DNA of 64,000 nucleotides from Thermoplasmatota archaeon (GTDB taxonomy: Archaea; Thermoplasmatota; Thermoplasmata; UBA10834), in assembly GCA_040751795.1 (NCBI GenBank), contig JBFMHR010000003.1:1-64000 (forward strand), read 5' to 3'. Positions 9,292-21,600 of the stretch are shown piece by piece. Every line of letters begins with the position of its first letter. Within the stretch, counting starts at the first letter, position 1. The position numbers and the translations under genes were made by a program. The notes below the pieces were generated by a model. That model did no database searches, was not told where the DNA came from, and was given only the letters and a program-made list of their open reading frames with translations.

Positions 9292-11122
9292 TGACCTTCC
9301 CGTCGACCTTCCCGCGGAGCTCCTTCATCACTATCCCCATCAGGGGCCCGAGCGCCCCGTCGCCCCTCTGCCTTATGAACGCCTCGCGCTCCCTCACGAC
9401 CCTGTCGCACACGGCCCTGACGTCGTCGACTGCCACGGATTCGACCCCGAGGGAGTCGGACGCGCGGGAGACGTCCCACACGTCGTTCTTGAGCATCCAC
9501 GAGAGTATGTCGGGGACGGCCTCCTTCGCGAAGGCCCCCTTCGACATCGCCAGGAGGACCTCCTTGACCGTCTCGACGCCCACCCGCGATGTGTCGTGGC
9601 CGGCCTTATCCAGCTCCGGGAAGACGTTGAGGTAGACCCTCGCGACCACCTGCGGCGAGCCGACGCTGCCCGCGAGGAGCTCGAACTCGTCCTCGTAGGC
9701 GCCGTTCAGGAGCGCCTCCGCCTGCTCCCTGTTGACCCCGTAGTCCTTGACGAACCGGGAGGCCTTCGCCTCCGGCAGCTCCGGGAGGTTCAGCCTCACG
9801 CCCTCGATCATCCGCTCGTCGACGAGTATGGGCCTCACGTCCGTCTCCGGGTACATCCTGTCCTTGCCTGGGAGCGGCCTGCTGTAGACCGTCTGCCCGT
9901 CCGGGAGCGGGTCCCTGGTCTCCTCCTGGACGCCCAGTATGCCGGCGTTGGCCCTCTCGACCGCCCTCGCCAGCGCCGCCCTCGCGCGCCCCTCCTCGTC
10001 CGAGACAATGACGAACGCGTCCTCCGGGCCGACCCCGAGGTGCACGGCGATGTCCTCGACCTCGGCCCTGGTCATCCCGTAGCCGGGCAGCTCGTCCGAG
10101 TGGAACAGGCCCTTGACGCCGGACACGCGAGCGTGCGCGGCCATCTCGGCCCCCAGGCGCTTGACCCCCTGCTCGGTCCTGCCGAGGGTGCCCGCGAACT
10201 TGGGGAGCCTGACGGCGAGGACCTTCCCGCCCGCGTCCACGGCCGACTTCAGGACCCGGCAGGCGGTGCCCCTGAGAAGGGGCGTGAGGTCCCTGATGTC
10301 CGCCTCGGCCCTCTTCGCCCCGCGCCTCCTGAGGACGTCCTTGACCTCCAGGAGGGCGAGCTGGCGCTTCACCTCCTCCTCTATGTAGACGGGGATGAGC
10401 CTCAGGTCCTGGGCGCCCTTGATCTCGACCCTGGCCCCTCCGGATATGGATATGTTCAGGTCCTCCCTGATGGTCCCGATGCCCCGCCTGACCTTCTTGG
10501 TCGCCCTCAGGAGGGAGCCGAGCCTCGCGGCCACGGCCCGCGCCTCCTCCGGGGAGGTCATGTCGGGGTCGGTCGCGATCTCAACCAGCGGGATCCCGAG
10601 CCTGTCGAGCCTGTACGTGACCTCGGTCTGGTGCTCCGTGAGCTTCCTCGCGGCGTCCTCCTCGAGGCAGATGGTCGCGACTCCGAAGCGCCTGCCCTCG
10701 AGCTCGAGGGCGCCCTTCGTGGCGATGAGGGCGGTCCTCTGGAAGCCGCCCGTGTTGGAGCCGTCTATGACGATCTTCCTCATGAAGTGGACCTCGTCCA
10801 CGGGGACCATGTTGAGCAACGAGGCCATCTCGAGCGACGCCTCTATGGCGAGCCTGTTGGCGTCGTGGGGCGGCTCCTCGTCGGCCTCCACCAGGCACGA
10901 GCACGGGACCGTCTGGTACCTGAACTGGAGCTTCCTCTCGGCCTCCTCCAGCGCGGCCTTGTCTATCTCGCCGAGCTCGCTCTGGGTCGGCCTCAGGCGC
11001 CTGACCACCTCGCGGTGGTGCTCGTCCACCAGCTCCGAGGCGCAGCTGCAGAAGAGCTTGCCCGTCGAGAGCTGCTGGTGGATCTCGATGCCGACCTTCA
11101 GGCCGAGGGTCGCGTAGTCCAT
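9248..11122 (-). CDS. gatE: Glu-tRNA(Gln) amidotransferase subunit E
   Basis: GLKVGIEIHQQL, MRKIVIDGSNTGGFQRT, RMYPETD. Confidence 0.97.
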   Translation of the reverse strand: MDYATLGLKVGIEIHQQLSTGKLFCSCASELVDEHHREVVRRLRPTQSELGEIDKAALEEAERKLQFRYQTVPCSCLVEADEEPPHDANRLAIEASLEMASLLNMVPVDEVHFMRKIVIDGSNTGGFQRTALIATKGALELEGRRFGVATICLEEDAARKLTEHQTEVTYRLDRLGIPLVEIATDPDMTSPEEARAVAARLGSLLRATKKVRRGIGTIREDLNISISGGARVEIKGAQDLRLIPVYIEEEVKRQLALLEVKDVLRRRGAKRAEADIRDLTPLLRGTACRVLKSAVDAGGKVLAVRLPKFAGTLGRTEQGVKRLGAEMAAHARVSGVKGLFHSDELPGYGMTRAEVEDIAVHLGVGPEDAFVIVSDEEGRARAALARAVERANAGILGVQEETRDPLPDGQTVYSRPLPGKDRMYPETDVRPILVDERMIEGVRLNLPELPEAKASRFVKDYGVNREQAEALLNGAYEDEFELLAGSVGSPQVVARVYLNVFPELDKAGHDTSRVGVETVKEVLLAMSKGAFAKEAVPDILSWMLKNDVWDVSRASDSLGVESVAVDDVRAVCDRVVREREAFIRQRGDGALGPLMGIVMKELRGKVDGKVISEVLSERIRRLLS

Positions 11123-11123
11123 G

Positions 11124-12413
11124 TCAGAGCTCCCTCCGGTCCGTGAGCTCGCCCGCGATGTTGGTGAGCATGAGCTTGTTGACCTCGGCGTAGTCGTCGG
11201 TCTGCCCCATGGCCCACATGAGCTTCACGTAGGCCGTCTCGGGGAGCATGTCCCCCACCGGGAGCGCCCCCGCGGAGATCATGTCCCTGCCCGTGGAGTA
11301 GACGTTCAGGTTCACGGCCCCCTGGAGGCACTGGGTCGTGACGACGACGTGGACGCCGTTCTTGACCGCTTTGCGGATCGAGCTGATGATCGGGTCGGAG
11401 ACGTGCCCGAGGCCGGTCCCCGCGACGACCACGCCCTTCACGTGGCCGGCGATGAGGTCGAAGTGGTCCTCTTCGAAGCCCGGGTAGAAGTAGAGGAGGC
11501 TGGCCCGGCCGTCGATCCTGTCCCTGACCTCCACAGGCCCTGTGGACCGCTTCGCGTGCGGTCCCCTGAGCTCGACGGCGTGCCCCTCGACCCTGGCGAG
11601 GGGCTGGAGGTTGATGCTGTTGAAGGCGTCGCGCCTCGACGAGTGCATCTTCCTGACCTTCGTGCCCCTGTGCGCGAGGCAGTAGCTGTCCGACGGCTCC
11701 CCGTGCATCACGACGACGACCTCCCCGAGGTCCGCGTCGACGCACAGCCTGGTCGCCGCGAGCAGGTTCATCGTCGCGTCCGAGGATGGGCGGTCCGAGG
11801 AGCGCTGCGAGCCGACGCACACCACGGGGCCCGTGAGGTTCTTGAGCATGAAGGAGAGGGCCGCGGCGGTGAAGCCCATCGTGTCCGTCCCGTGGGGAAC
11901 GATCACGCCTACCGCGCCGGAGTTGAGCTCCTCCGCCACGGCGCGGGCGAGGCCCTGCCAGTGGGCGACCGTCATGTTCTCGCTCAGTATGGAGTACAGG
12001 ACCTTCGCGCGCACGTTGCAGAGGTCCATGAGCTCCGGGACCGAGAACACCAGCTCCTCCGCGGACTTCGCCGGGTGGACCGCCCCGGTCCTGTAGTCGA
12101 CGTAGGAGGCGATCGTGCCGCCCGTGGATATGACCGCGACGTCCTTCCTCCCCCCGTCCCTCGGGAGCTCCTTCCTGGCCGAGTCCTTCGGCTCCCGCTT
12201 CGACACGAGGGCGACCTTGGAGCCCTCCGTGACGCGGACTCCGATGTTGTACCCGCTGGCGAGCTTGAGCGTGATGATGGACTCGTCGCTGAACTCGTGG
12301 CGCGGCATGAGGACGCCCACGTACGACCCGTCCCCCCTCTGCACCGACACGGTGTCGCCGACCGACGCGCCGGCCGCCTTCAGCAGCCCCGCCGCGAGGC
12401 CAGTGTGAGTCAT
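11124..12413 (-). CDS. gatD: Glu-tRNA(Gln) amidotransferase subunit D
   Basis: KLASGYNIG, STGGTIAS, HGTDTM, SQRSSDRPSSD; directly upstream of gatE. Confidence 0.97.
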   Translation of the reverse strand: MTHTGLAAGLLKAAGASVGDTVSVQRGDGSYVGVLMPRHEFSDESIITLKLASGYNIGVRVTEGSKVALVSKREPKDSARKELPRDGGRKDVAVISTGGTIASYVDYRTGAVHPAKSAEELVFSVPELMDLCNVRAKVLYSILSENMTVAHWQGLARAVAEELNSGAVGVIVPHGTDTMGFTAAALSFMLKNLTGPVVCVGSQRSSDRPSSDATMNLLAATRLCVDADLGEVVVVMHGEPSDSYCLAHRGTKVRKMHSSRRDAFNSINLQPLARVEGHAVELRGPHAKRSTGPVEVRDRIDGRASLLYFYPGFEEDHFDLIAGHVKGVVVAGTGLGHVSDPIISSIRKAVKNGVHVVVTTQCLQGAVNLNVYSTGRDMISAGALPVGDMLPETAYVKLMWAMGQTDDYAEVNKLMLTNIAGELTDRREL

Positions 12414-12522
12414 CGGGCGGTAGAAGGTGTCTGCCGTCTTAAATGGTTTGCCCGGTGCTGGAGGACGGCTCTGAGGCAATGTTCATATGAGCCGAACCTG
12501 ATGCCCTGGCCGGTAGCATAGG

Positions 12523-13854
12523 ATGAGAGTTCTGGCCGTAGGGGGAGGGGCGCGCGAGCATGCGATCGTCAGCGCGCTGTCGAGGTCCGGAGCCGACGTG
12601 TTCGTCTGCATGAAGAACAGCAACCCCGGCATAGCCAGGCTCGCGAAGGGCGTGGCCCTGGTGGACGAGACCGACGTGGCCAGGGTCGTCGGGCACGCCA
12701 GGGGCTGGGGCGTCGAGCTGGCCGTCGTCGGGCCCGAGGCCCCCCTCGAGGCGGGGCTCGCGGACGGGCTCGAGTCGGCCGGGATACCGGCCGCGTCGCC
12801 CAGGAAGGCCGCGGCGAGGATCGAGACCTCCAAGAGCTTCATGAGGAACCTCATGGAGAAGCACCGGGTGAGGGGCGCCGTCAGGTTCTGCGAGGCGGAG
12901 ACGAAGGAGGACGTCCGGGCGGCCCTGGACGAGCTTGGGACCGAGGTGGTGGTCAAGCCCGTGGGCCTCACCGGGGGCAAGGGCGTCAAGGTCTTCGGCG
13001 AGCACATGATGACGCGCGAGGACGTCTTCGCCTACGCGGACGAGATCGCCTCCAAGCGCATCGGGGGCGGCGCGAGGATGGTCATCGAGGAGAAGCTGGT
13101 CGGCGAGGAGTTCACGGTCCAGGCGTTCTGCGACGGGAGGAGGGTCGTGCCGATGCCCGCCGTCCAGGACCACAAGCGCGCCTACGAGGGCGACAAGGGG
13201 CCGAACACCGGCGGCATGGGCTCGTACTCGCAGGCGGATGGCCTCCTGCCCTTCCTGAGGAGGGAGGACTACGACGGCGCCGTGTCGATCATGTCCGACA
13301 CGCTGGCCGCCCTCAGGGAGGACGGCTCCGAGTACCGGGGGACCCTCTACGGGCAGTTCATGGTCACCAAGGACGGGCCGAAGGTCATCGAGTTCAACGC
13401 GAGGTTCGGGGACCCCGAGGCGATGAACGTCCTCACCCTGCTGGAGAGCGACTTCGCCGCCATATGCGGGGGCATGGCCGGCGGGAGCCTCTCCGGGAGC
13501 GGGGTGCGGTTCGGGCCCAAGGCGTCCGTGTGCAAGTACGTCGTCCCGCAGGGGTACGGCTCGAAGCCGTTGGCCGGAGAGGAGATAAGGGTGGACGAGA
13601 GGGCCATCGCGGCCGCCGGTGCGGTGCTCTACTACGCCAACGTGAACGAGAGGGACGGGAAGGTCTACACCACGACCTCCAGGGCCGTCGGCGTCGTGGG
13701 CGTGGCGGACGGCCTCGAGGAGGCCGAGCGCAGGGCCGAGGAGGGCGTGGGGCACGTGACCGGCAAGGTCTTCGTGAGGCACGACATCGGGAAGAGGGAC
13801 ATGCTCGACGCGAAGGTCGCCAGGATGAACGCGATAAGGGGGCGGGCCGGATGA
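12523..13854 (+). CDS. purD: Phosphoribosylamine--glycine ligase
   Basis: GGGAREHAI, QDHKRAYEGDKGPNTGGMG, EFNARFGDPE. Confidence 0.97.
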   Translation: MRVLAVGGGAREHAIVSALSRSGADVFVCMKNSNPGIARLAKGVALVDETDVARVVGHARGWGVELAVVGPEAPLEAGLADGLESAGIPAASPRKAAARIETSKSFMRNLMEKHRVRGAVRFCEAETKEDVRAALDELGTEVVVKPVGLTGGKGVKVFGEHMMTREDVFAYADEIASKRIGGGARMVIEEKLVGEEFTVQAFCDGRRVVPMPAVQDHKRAYEGDKGPNTGGMGSYSQADGLLPFLRREDYDGAVSIMSDTLAALREDGSEYRGTLYGQFMVTKDGPKVIEFNARFGDPEAMNVLTLLESDFAAICGGMAGGSLSGSGVRFGPKASVCKYVVPQGYGSKPLAGEEIRVDERAIAAAGAVLYYANVNERDGKVYTTTSRAVGVVGVADGLEEAERRAEEGVGHVTGKVFVRHDIGKRDMLDAKVARMNAIRGRAG

Positions 13855-14468
13855 TGAACCTGGAGAGGGTTGTCTCGAAGATAGAGGAGGAGCTGGACGA
13901 GAAGGACCAGATCAGGGAGGTAGCCCTGAAGTCGTCGAGGGCGGTCGTGCGCCTCTCGGGGAACGTGCTCAAGTCGCTCCACAGGGAGGAGGAGCTCGAC
14001 GACCAGCTGGACGACCTGAAGGACGAGGCCTCGCGCCTGTCGAGCCTGCTCGCGGACCACCCTGACCTGGCCTCGGCCGGCTACGTCGAGAGCGCCTTCC
14101 AGGAGTACTCCGAGGTCGGGATCATGCTCTCGATACTGGAGAAGGACGACGTGCCGTCGCCGGAGGACCTGGGCGTCGAGAGCGTGCCGTACCTGCTCGC
14201 GCTCGGCGACACGGTCGGGGAGCTGCGGAGGTTCTGCCTGGACGAGCTCAAGCGCGGGAACGTCATGAGGGCCAACTACTTCCTGGACAGGATGGAGGAC
14301 ATCCACACCGCCCTGATGCGCTTCGACTACCCCGACGCGATAGTCGCGATAAGGAGGAAGCAGGACGTCGCCAGGAGCCTCCTCGAGAAGACCCGCGGGG
14401 AGGTGGCCGTAGCCGCCAGCGCGAGGAACCTGCAGGACAGGATCGACGACCTCCTGAAGAAGGTCTGA
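13851..14468 (+). CDS. Translin/TRAX (archaeal C3PO-like) family protein
   Basis: All-helical protein with QEYSE, YLLALGDTVGELRR and RRKQDVAR motifs; ATGA overlap with purD. Confidence 0.85.
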   Translation: MMNLERVVSKIEEELDEKDQIREVALKSSRAVVRLSGNVLKSLHREEELDDQLDDLKDEASRLSSLLADHPDLASAGYVESAFQEYSEVGIMLSILEKDDVPSPEDLGVESVPYLLALGDTVGELRRFCLDELKRGNVMRANYFLDRMEDIHTALMRFDYPDAIVAIRRKQDVARSLLEKTRGEVAVAASARNLQDRIDDLLKKV

Positions 14469-14471
14469 GGC

Positions 14472-14798
14472 TCACTGGAAGTGCTTCTTCAGGATGTTCT
14501 CGATGTCGCCCCTGGGGCGGACGCCCGTGACGCGCTCGACCTGCTCGCCCTTCTTGAAGAATATCAGGGTCGGGATGCCGCTTATGCCCAGGGACATCGC
14601 CGTCCCGGGGCTCTGGTCGGTGTCGAGCTTCGCGAACGTGACCCTGCCCTTGTAGTCCTTCGCGAGCGCCTCGAACGTCGGGGCGAGCATCCTGCACGGC
14701 CCGCACCACGGGGCCCAGCAGTCGACCACAAGCTTCTCGGACGCCTTCACCACGGACTGGAAGTTGGAGTCCGAGACCTCAACGATGTCACCTGACAC
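14472..14798 (-). CDS. trxA: Thioredoxin
   Basis: WAPWCGPC active site, GIPTL. Confidence 0.93.
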   Translation of the reverse strand: MSGDIVEVSDSNFQSVVKASEKLVVDCWAPWCGPCRMLAPTFEALAKDYKGRVTFAKLDTDQSPGTAMSLGISGIPTLIFFKKGEQVERVTGVRPRGDIENILKKHFQ

Positions 14799-14858
14799 TG
14801 CATTCACCTACGGATGTGCCGGTAAGCGCCTCATGGATATTTCAGCCTATGCCAGGGG

Positions 14859-15653
14859 CTACTTCTTCCTCTGCTTCTGGGGCTTCGCGATGAACATCAG
14901 CGCGACGAGTATCGCCATGATGATCACGCCCACCGTGAGTATTGCGCCCACCGGGTTGCCCTGCGAGCCGACGTAGATCGTCTTTGAGTAGACGTTGTTG
15001 CCGTCGCTGAACTCCACGAGGCCGAGCCCGTCGTCTATGACCACGGTCACGACGTGCTCACCCTCGGCTATGTTGGCCCACGTCCAGTTGTGGACCAGCT
15101 CCTTGCTCCCGCCCGCCGCGAGGGAGAACTCCTGCTCGCCGAGCAGGATCCCGTCGGCGAAGAAGCTCGCCTTCACGTCCTCCGCGTCGACCGTCCCCGT
15201 GTTGTACACGGTCGCGGTGATGGTTATCGGCTCGACGACCTTGACCTCGTACTCCCTCACCTCGGTGACGGAGTCGGACGACTCCGCGCTCTTGGACGTC
15301 GCGTTGACCCTCACCTTGATCGTCTGGGCCTCCCCCGGCATGGTCACGGTTAGGTTGAACCTGCCCGTGGCGGAGGAGCCCGTGGACGGCGAGACCGACG
15401 AGCCGGTCTTGTTGTCCGCGACTATCTCGGCCTTGTACGTGAAGTTCGTCCCCTCGGTCTCCGCCGGGCCGCCCGTGACCGTCAGGCTGCACGACACCTT
15501 CTCGAGGGTGCCTGCGAACGTGGGTATGGTCAGGGATATCTCGACCGGCGTGTAGGCCGACGCGTTCCCGACAGCGCCGAGCAGCGAAGCGCCGGGCGCC
15601 ATCAGCAGCGCGGCCGCGAGGAGGGCCATGACCGCCCTGTCGGCCGTCGTCAC
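14859..15653 (-). CDS. Membrane-anchored CARDB/Ig-like surface protein
   Basis: Signal peptide, TATVYNTG...VEFSDGNN CARDB-like pattern, C-terminal TM with basic tail; coupled to aglB. Confidence 0.75.
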   Translation of the reverse strand: MTTADRAVMALLAAALLMAPGASLLGAVGNASAYTPVEISLTIPTFAGTLEKVSCSLTVTGGPAETEGTNFTYKAEIVADNKTGSSVSPSTGSSATGRFNLTVTMPGEAQTIKVRVNATSKSAESSDSVTEVREYEVKVVEPITITATVYNTGTVDAEDVKASFFADGILLGEQEFSLAAGGSKELVHNWTWANIAEGEHVVTVVIDDGLGLVEFSDGNNVYSKTIYVGSQGNPVGAILTVGVIIMAILVALMFIAKPQKQRKK

Positions 15654-18600
15654 TTGGGACCACCCCTCCCGAAGCCCTTGCGCCTCCTAAGGACGAAGAA
15701 CGCCACGACGAGCGCGGCGAGCGACGCCGCGAGACCGACGTCCAGGTAGATCCGGCCTATGTCGTACTCGTACGTCACGTCGCCCCTCGTCACATCCAGG
15801 CCTCCCGGGCCTATGACGATGTCGGGGAGCAGCACCTGCACCGCGCCCAGGGCGTCGGCCCCGCTGCCGAGCGAGGAGCGGGCGTGCACGACCGCGACAG
15901 CCTTGGGGTCGGCCGTGAGGCTCGTCGCGGTGAACTCCACCGCGAGCTCCTTGGACCCGAAGGCGGCGAGGGTGATGTTCTTGACCTCCTCCCCGGTCGC
16001 CGGGTCCACCACCCTCGCGGACCAGCCCGAGGCGTTCAGCGCGTCGGAGTTGGACACCGAGAGGAGGTACTCGTCCCCGATGTTGCCGGTGTTGTTGAGC
16101 AGGAACTTGGAGGTCGTGACGTTGGAGCCGGTCGGGGAGGACGCGTTCGCGGCCTCGACGGAGACGGAGTAGACCGGGGAGACGACCACCTTGAGGTCCA
16201 CTGTCGCGCGGGCCGAGCTCTGCGAGCCCGACCTGACCGTGACGGTGATGGTGTTGTTGCCCGCCTCCGCCGCCGACCCGACGGTGACCTCGGCCACCAT
16301 GTAGGCCGTGTCGCCGTTCGTCCCGAAGTCTATGGCGACCTCCTCCGGGGAGAAGGCGAGGTCGAAGCCTGTGTTGGTGTACGTGAACGTGTAGGTGTCC
16401 GCTATGTTGCCGGTGTTGACCAGCTCCACGACGTAGCTCACGGACTGGCCGGGGGCCAGCGTCGCCGTCCTGTTCTCGTCCCAGCGTGCCTCGACGGAGC
16501 GCTCGGTGTCCCTCGTGAGGGCGAGGTCGATGTAGACGCTGTCGCCCCCGAGGGCTATGTCGGCCGTGCGGCCGTAGGTGACGCTCATGCCGCCCTCGGT
16601 CCTCACCGCGCTCGAGCTGACCGTGTAGTCGCCGGACGGCAGCAGGAACTGGAAGTACCCGTCCCCGGACGGGACGAATGAGAGGCGCGTGTTGTTGGTG
16701 ACGGCTATGACCTCCTCCGTGGCCGGGGCGCCCGCCACGGTCAGGCGGCCCTCCAGGTACTCGCCCACCGACAGCTGCACGGCGGCCGTGGCGCCCTCGT
16801 TCCTGGGCACCGGGAGGTAGGATATCGACACGCGCCTGTCGACGGAGCGCGAGACGTAGACCGTGTAGTCGCCGGGCTGCACCTGCGCGGAGAACACGCC
16901 GGACGAGTCGGTCTGGAACGAGGCGTACATCCCGTACCTGCTGTTCGGGAACACCTCGATGCTGGCCGTGATCGGGTCCCCGTCCTCGTCGACGACGGTC
17001 CCGCTGACGGTGGTGTTGTCGAGCCTGGTCGAGAGCGACGGGTCGAGGGCGACGTCGTCCGTGCCCACGACGATCAGCTGCTCGCTCCACCGCTCGACGT
17101 ACATGCTGGTGTCGCCGGCGTGCTCGATGTCCTCGAGGAGGAAGAGCAGGGCGTACTCGCCCGGCGGAAGGGCCAGGGAGTAGTCCCCGTACCTGGTCGA
17201 CTGGTTGACGGCCTGGATCCCCTCGGACGAGGTGGCCGTCACGGTCACGACCTTCGTCGCGACGGTGTCGCCGATGCTTATGATCCCTGAGACATCGTAG
17301 GCGCGCTCGAGGTGGATGTCATGGTCGGGGTCGGCCGCCGAGGCCTCCATGGTCCCCATGGACGCGTACGGCGTCGTGCCGATCCTGCCGGTCGCGTACA
17401 CCGAGTACTCGCCGGGCATCAGGAAGACGGAGTATGAGAGCGCGATCGGGTCGACCGAGAGCTCCTCAGGGCCCGAGAACTCTATGCTTATGTCCTGGGC
17501 CGCCCCGAGGACGCTGCCCTGGACCTGGACCCTCAGGACCGCGCCTATGTCGAGCTCGAAGGCGGAGCCGCTCGGCTCCAGGGTGAATGTCGACTCGTGC
17601 TGCCACCACGCGCCCGGCGTGTTGGTCAGCTCCTGGTCCACGACCACGGTGTATGGACCGGGGATGAGCATGGCCGAGTACCGGCCGGACGCCCCCGAGG
17701 CCGCCTCGACGGTGGCGAGGCCCGTGGTCGGGTCCGGGACGAACGAGATGGTCACTCCGGTGATCCCTGCCCCGTCCGATGTCAGGAGGCCCGTTACCTC
17801 GACCGCGTCGGAGAGGGCCACGAAGGCCGTGTCCTCGATGTCGGAGGCGTACAGGAGCTCCTGGGACCACGAGGAGAAGCCCGGGTCCGCCAGGGACACG
17901 GTCACCTCCTCGCCCTTGGGGAAGACGACGCTGAACGAGCCGTCCTCGTAGCTCTTCGCGGTGTGGACGTAGCCGTCGGCGTCGGTGACGGATATGCCGC
18001 CGAAGGGGGCCTTCTCGACGGGCGACGGCTCGGCGTCGCCGTCCGCGTCCTTGTAGAGCGTCCCGGATATCCTCACGCCCTGGGAGAGGGTGATGACGAG
18101 CCCTGTCCGGTCGCCGTCGACCGACAGCTCCCCCCCGTAGACGCCGGAGCCGGTGTGTGAGTTGACCACGACGCCGTACACCCCCTGCGGGAGCAGCACG
18201 TCGAAGCCCCCGAGGTTGTCGCTCTTGGCGACAACGCGCGCGCCCGTGGCGCAGACGAAGGCGATGTCCTCGGACTTGAGGACCGACCCGCTCGGGGCCT
18301 TGAGCCCGCCGGTGACCTTGAAAGCCTCGTGCACGGGCAGGGCGCCCGTGACAGAGGCCGACTCCCTGAGGTCCACGACCATCGCGCCCGAGTAGGGGCC
18401 CGAGCCGGTCGCGTGGACCGCCTGGAGGGTGTACCTCCCCGCGGGGACCTCGAGCCTGACCCACCCGTACCCGTCCGTGAGGCCGGAGAGCGAGGAGAGG
18501 GGGTCGAAGTCGTCCGTGAGGGCGTAGGCCGCGTACGGGGCCGGGGCACCGTCGACGGTGACCCTGACGCTGACCGTGCACGCGTCCCAGAGAGTCACGT

Positions 18601-21600
18601 TCCTGGTGGACGCCGGGACGGTCTCGAAGCTGAACCTCTCGTCGAAGACGGTCTTCCCGTCCTCTGTCGTCGTCATGACGTACCTGGAGCCTAGGAGCAT
18701 GCCGAAGGAGTAGGCGCCGTCCCCCGCCGTGACGGCGGAGAACTCCGCGTCGGAGGCCAGGTCGTCCAGCACCAGCTCGACGCCTGCCGCAGGGGACCCG
18801 TCGGGGTTGAGGAGGTACCCGCCGAGCCTCGCGGGCTCGACCGCGAGGTCGAGGTTGGCCTTCTCGCCCGCCGAGATGTTCTCGGCCTCGGCGACCGTGA
18901 GGTTGGCGCCCATCACGATCGCGTAGATGTCGTACTGCCCGGGGGACACGTTGCCGTCGTAGGAGCCCTCGGGGGCGTCGAACTCGAAGGTCGCGCCGGT
19001 GGCGGTGTCGACCGCGTACACCTCGACGTCCTCCATGAGGATGTCCGTGTCGGCGGTGTAGTTGCCCTCCCCGTCGACGTCCCAGAAGACGTCGCCGTAC
19101 ACGCGCGAGGCCTTCATGACGTGGTCCTTCGTGATGATGTAGTCGAGGACGCCGTCCCCGTCCAGGTCCTGCCTGACCCGCATCGCCTGGTCGTCGGTGA
19201 CGTTGAACTCCATCCTCGCGACGATGTTGGAGCCGGTGAGTCCCGGGTTGACGGCCGACCCGTCCGATATGATGACGGTGACCTCCCCGAAGGGCGCGAG
19301 CAGCGAGTACCTCCCCAGCGCGTCGGTCCTGACCTGCTGGTGGGGTATGCCGTACTCGTCCTGGACGGTGACCCACAGGCCCTCGGCCGGGTAGCCCTCC
19401 TCGGTCGTCACGGTCCCGTTGACGTAGGCCCCGTGGTAGTACTTCAGGAACACCGTCCCGCTGTTGTAGAGCGACGAGGCGCTGTAGTCGACCACGCCCT
19501 CGATCTCCCCGGCAGTTATCTGCTCGTAGAGCTCCAGGGCCTCCTCGTAGCTCACCGCGCGCCAGTCGGCGCTGTGGAGCGCGACCTGGCCTGACGGCCA
19601 CGGGTTGTAGTAGGCGGTCCTGTAGACCGCCCTGAAGTGGGTCATGTTCCAGCCGGGCATCGGGGCGTTCTTCTGGACGGAGCCGGACACGCCGGGCAGG
19701 CCGTCGTTGGCCGCGCCTATGTCGGTCCCGCTGAACCCGCACATCGCCCTGTAGAACATGCTGTCGTAGAACATGTCCGTGTACTCGATCTCGTAGCTGT
19801 AGATGACCATGTCAGCCGTTACCTCGTCGAGGTCGTAGGCTATGCCGTTGCTGTCCACGGCCTTGATGGTGAAGAAGTCGACCGGGGTGGAGCCGTCTAT
19901 GCGCCTGTCGGAGAGCTTCGCCGGCGCGTAGAAGATGCCGGTCTGGTAGGCCGACGTGGGGAACAGTCTGGAGTCGACGTTGAAGTACCTTATCTCCCAG
20001 CCGGTCACCTCGCACACCCTGTCGTACAGGCCGACGACGGAGTCCGCCCCGGCCTTCTCTATCTCGACCCTGCCGGCGACGATCCTCGCGTTGGCCTCGG
20101 TGAGGTCGGGGGACATCGGCCCGTAGACGTCCGGGTCGGAGAGCACCTCGTCGATCACCGGCTGGCCCGGGCCCTCGATGATCTCCTGCATGCGGTCGGG
20201 GTCCACGCCGTAGGCGTCCATGGCCTGGACGACGCCCTCCTCGGCCGCGCCGCCTATGCGGTAGGCGCCCTGTATCAGCCTGAAGGCGAACAGGGCGACC
20301 GCGTCGTCCTCGCTCTGGGCCATGATGGCGTTCCCCGTGAACTGGTAGCCGTTCTGGAAGTTGTCCGCCACGGTCGGGTGGTCCCCGTCCGCGACGGCCT
20401 CGAAGCCGTAGTCCCACCACGCGACGTACGCGGGCCTGCTGCTCATCGGGTAGATGTCGGAGTCCTGCTCGGAGAACCAGTCCCAGGCCGCTGGGTAGTA
20501 GTAGGTCGGCAGGGGCAGCGAGTAGCCGAAGGCGCCCAGGTACCAGTTGGAGCCGTTGTACTCGTCGTACCCGCCCGGCCTCATGAAGCTGGGCATGCTG
20601 AAGTAGATCTCCTTGTCGTAGGCCCGCTTCGTCTCGGAGGGGATGCCCGCGTCCACGCTGTACCAGACGTTGGGGAGCAGGATCATGAACCCGAGGAAGA
20701 GGACGCCCACGACATGGCGCACCTTCACGCTCTTGCGGATGGTCCCGAACAGCGACCCGCTCGCGCCGGCCATCGCCTTGCGCACGGAGTTGAAGTCCAG
20801 GCCGTCGACTATGATAACGAACACCCACGCCGCGGATATCGCGAACGCCGGGGACGCGTTGATCATGAACCTGCTCGCGGATATCGCCATGAATATCGAG
20901 GCCGCGAGCCAGACGACCATGAAGACGTACGCCGCGCCGGTGCGCTTCGGCACCCGCATGAGCGCGTACATCAGCCCCGCCAGGGACAGGAAGAACGTGA
21001 CCATGCCGAATGAGAGCGCGAGCTCCGAGAACTGGGGCGCCCGCGCCTCCGCGATGGTGGTGTACAGCTTGCTCTGGCTGAAGTAGCCCTGCCCGGTCAT
21101 TATGGCCTCGCCGAGCCACGGGTAGAAGAGGCTGATGACGCCCACGATCCCGGCGGTCACGCCGACGATGGCCGGGAGAGACAGCGTCCACGGGACGTCC
21201 CTCGACACCACGAACATGATGCCGAAGAAGAGCGCCCCCGCGGTCAGCAGCACCGGCACGAGGAACCTGTCGTTGAAGAACGAGTCGATGTAGTTGGCGT
21301 AGTACGGGAACGCCAGGAGGTACCCGAAGCCCATCGCGACCAGGATGACCATGGTCACGCTCGTGGAGTCCTGGCCCCTGAACATGTTGAAGAAGAGCTC
21401 CACGATGTAGTAGACGAGTATGATGACCGTGACGTAGGCGAAGCCGACCCAGGTCATCATTAGGGCGGCGTAGGCCGCGCCCGCCATGAGGGCGTAGAGC
21501 ACCGCGGTGCGGCTCCCGGCGAAGTACGCCTTGAGCCCCGAGACGACCGAAGCCCGGCTCCTCCAGCTCTCGACCCACCTCCTGTGCTCCTGGACCCTTA

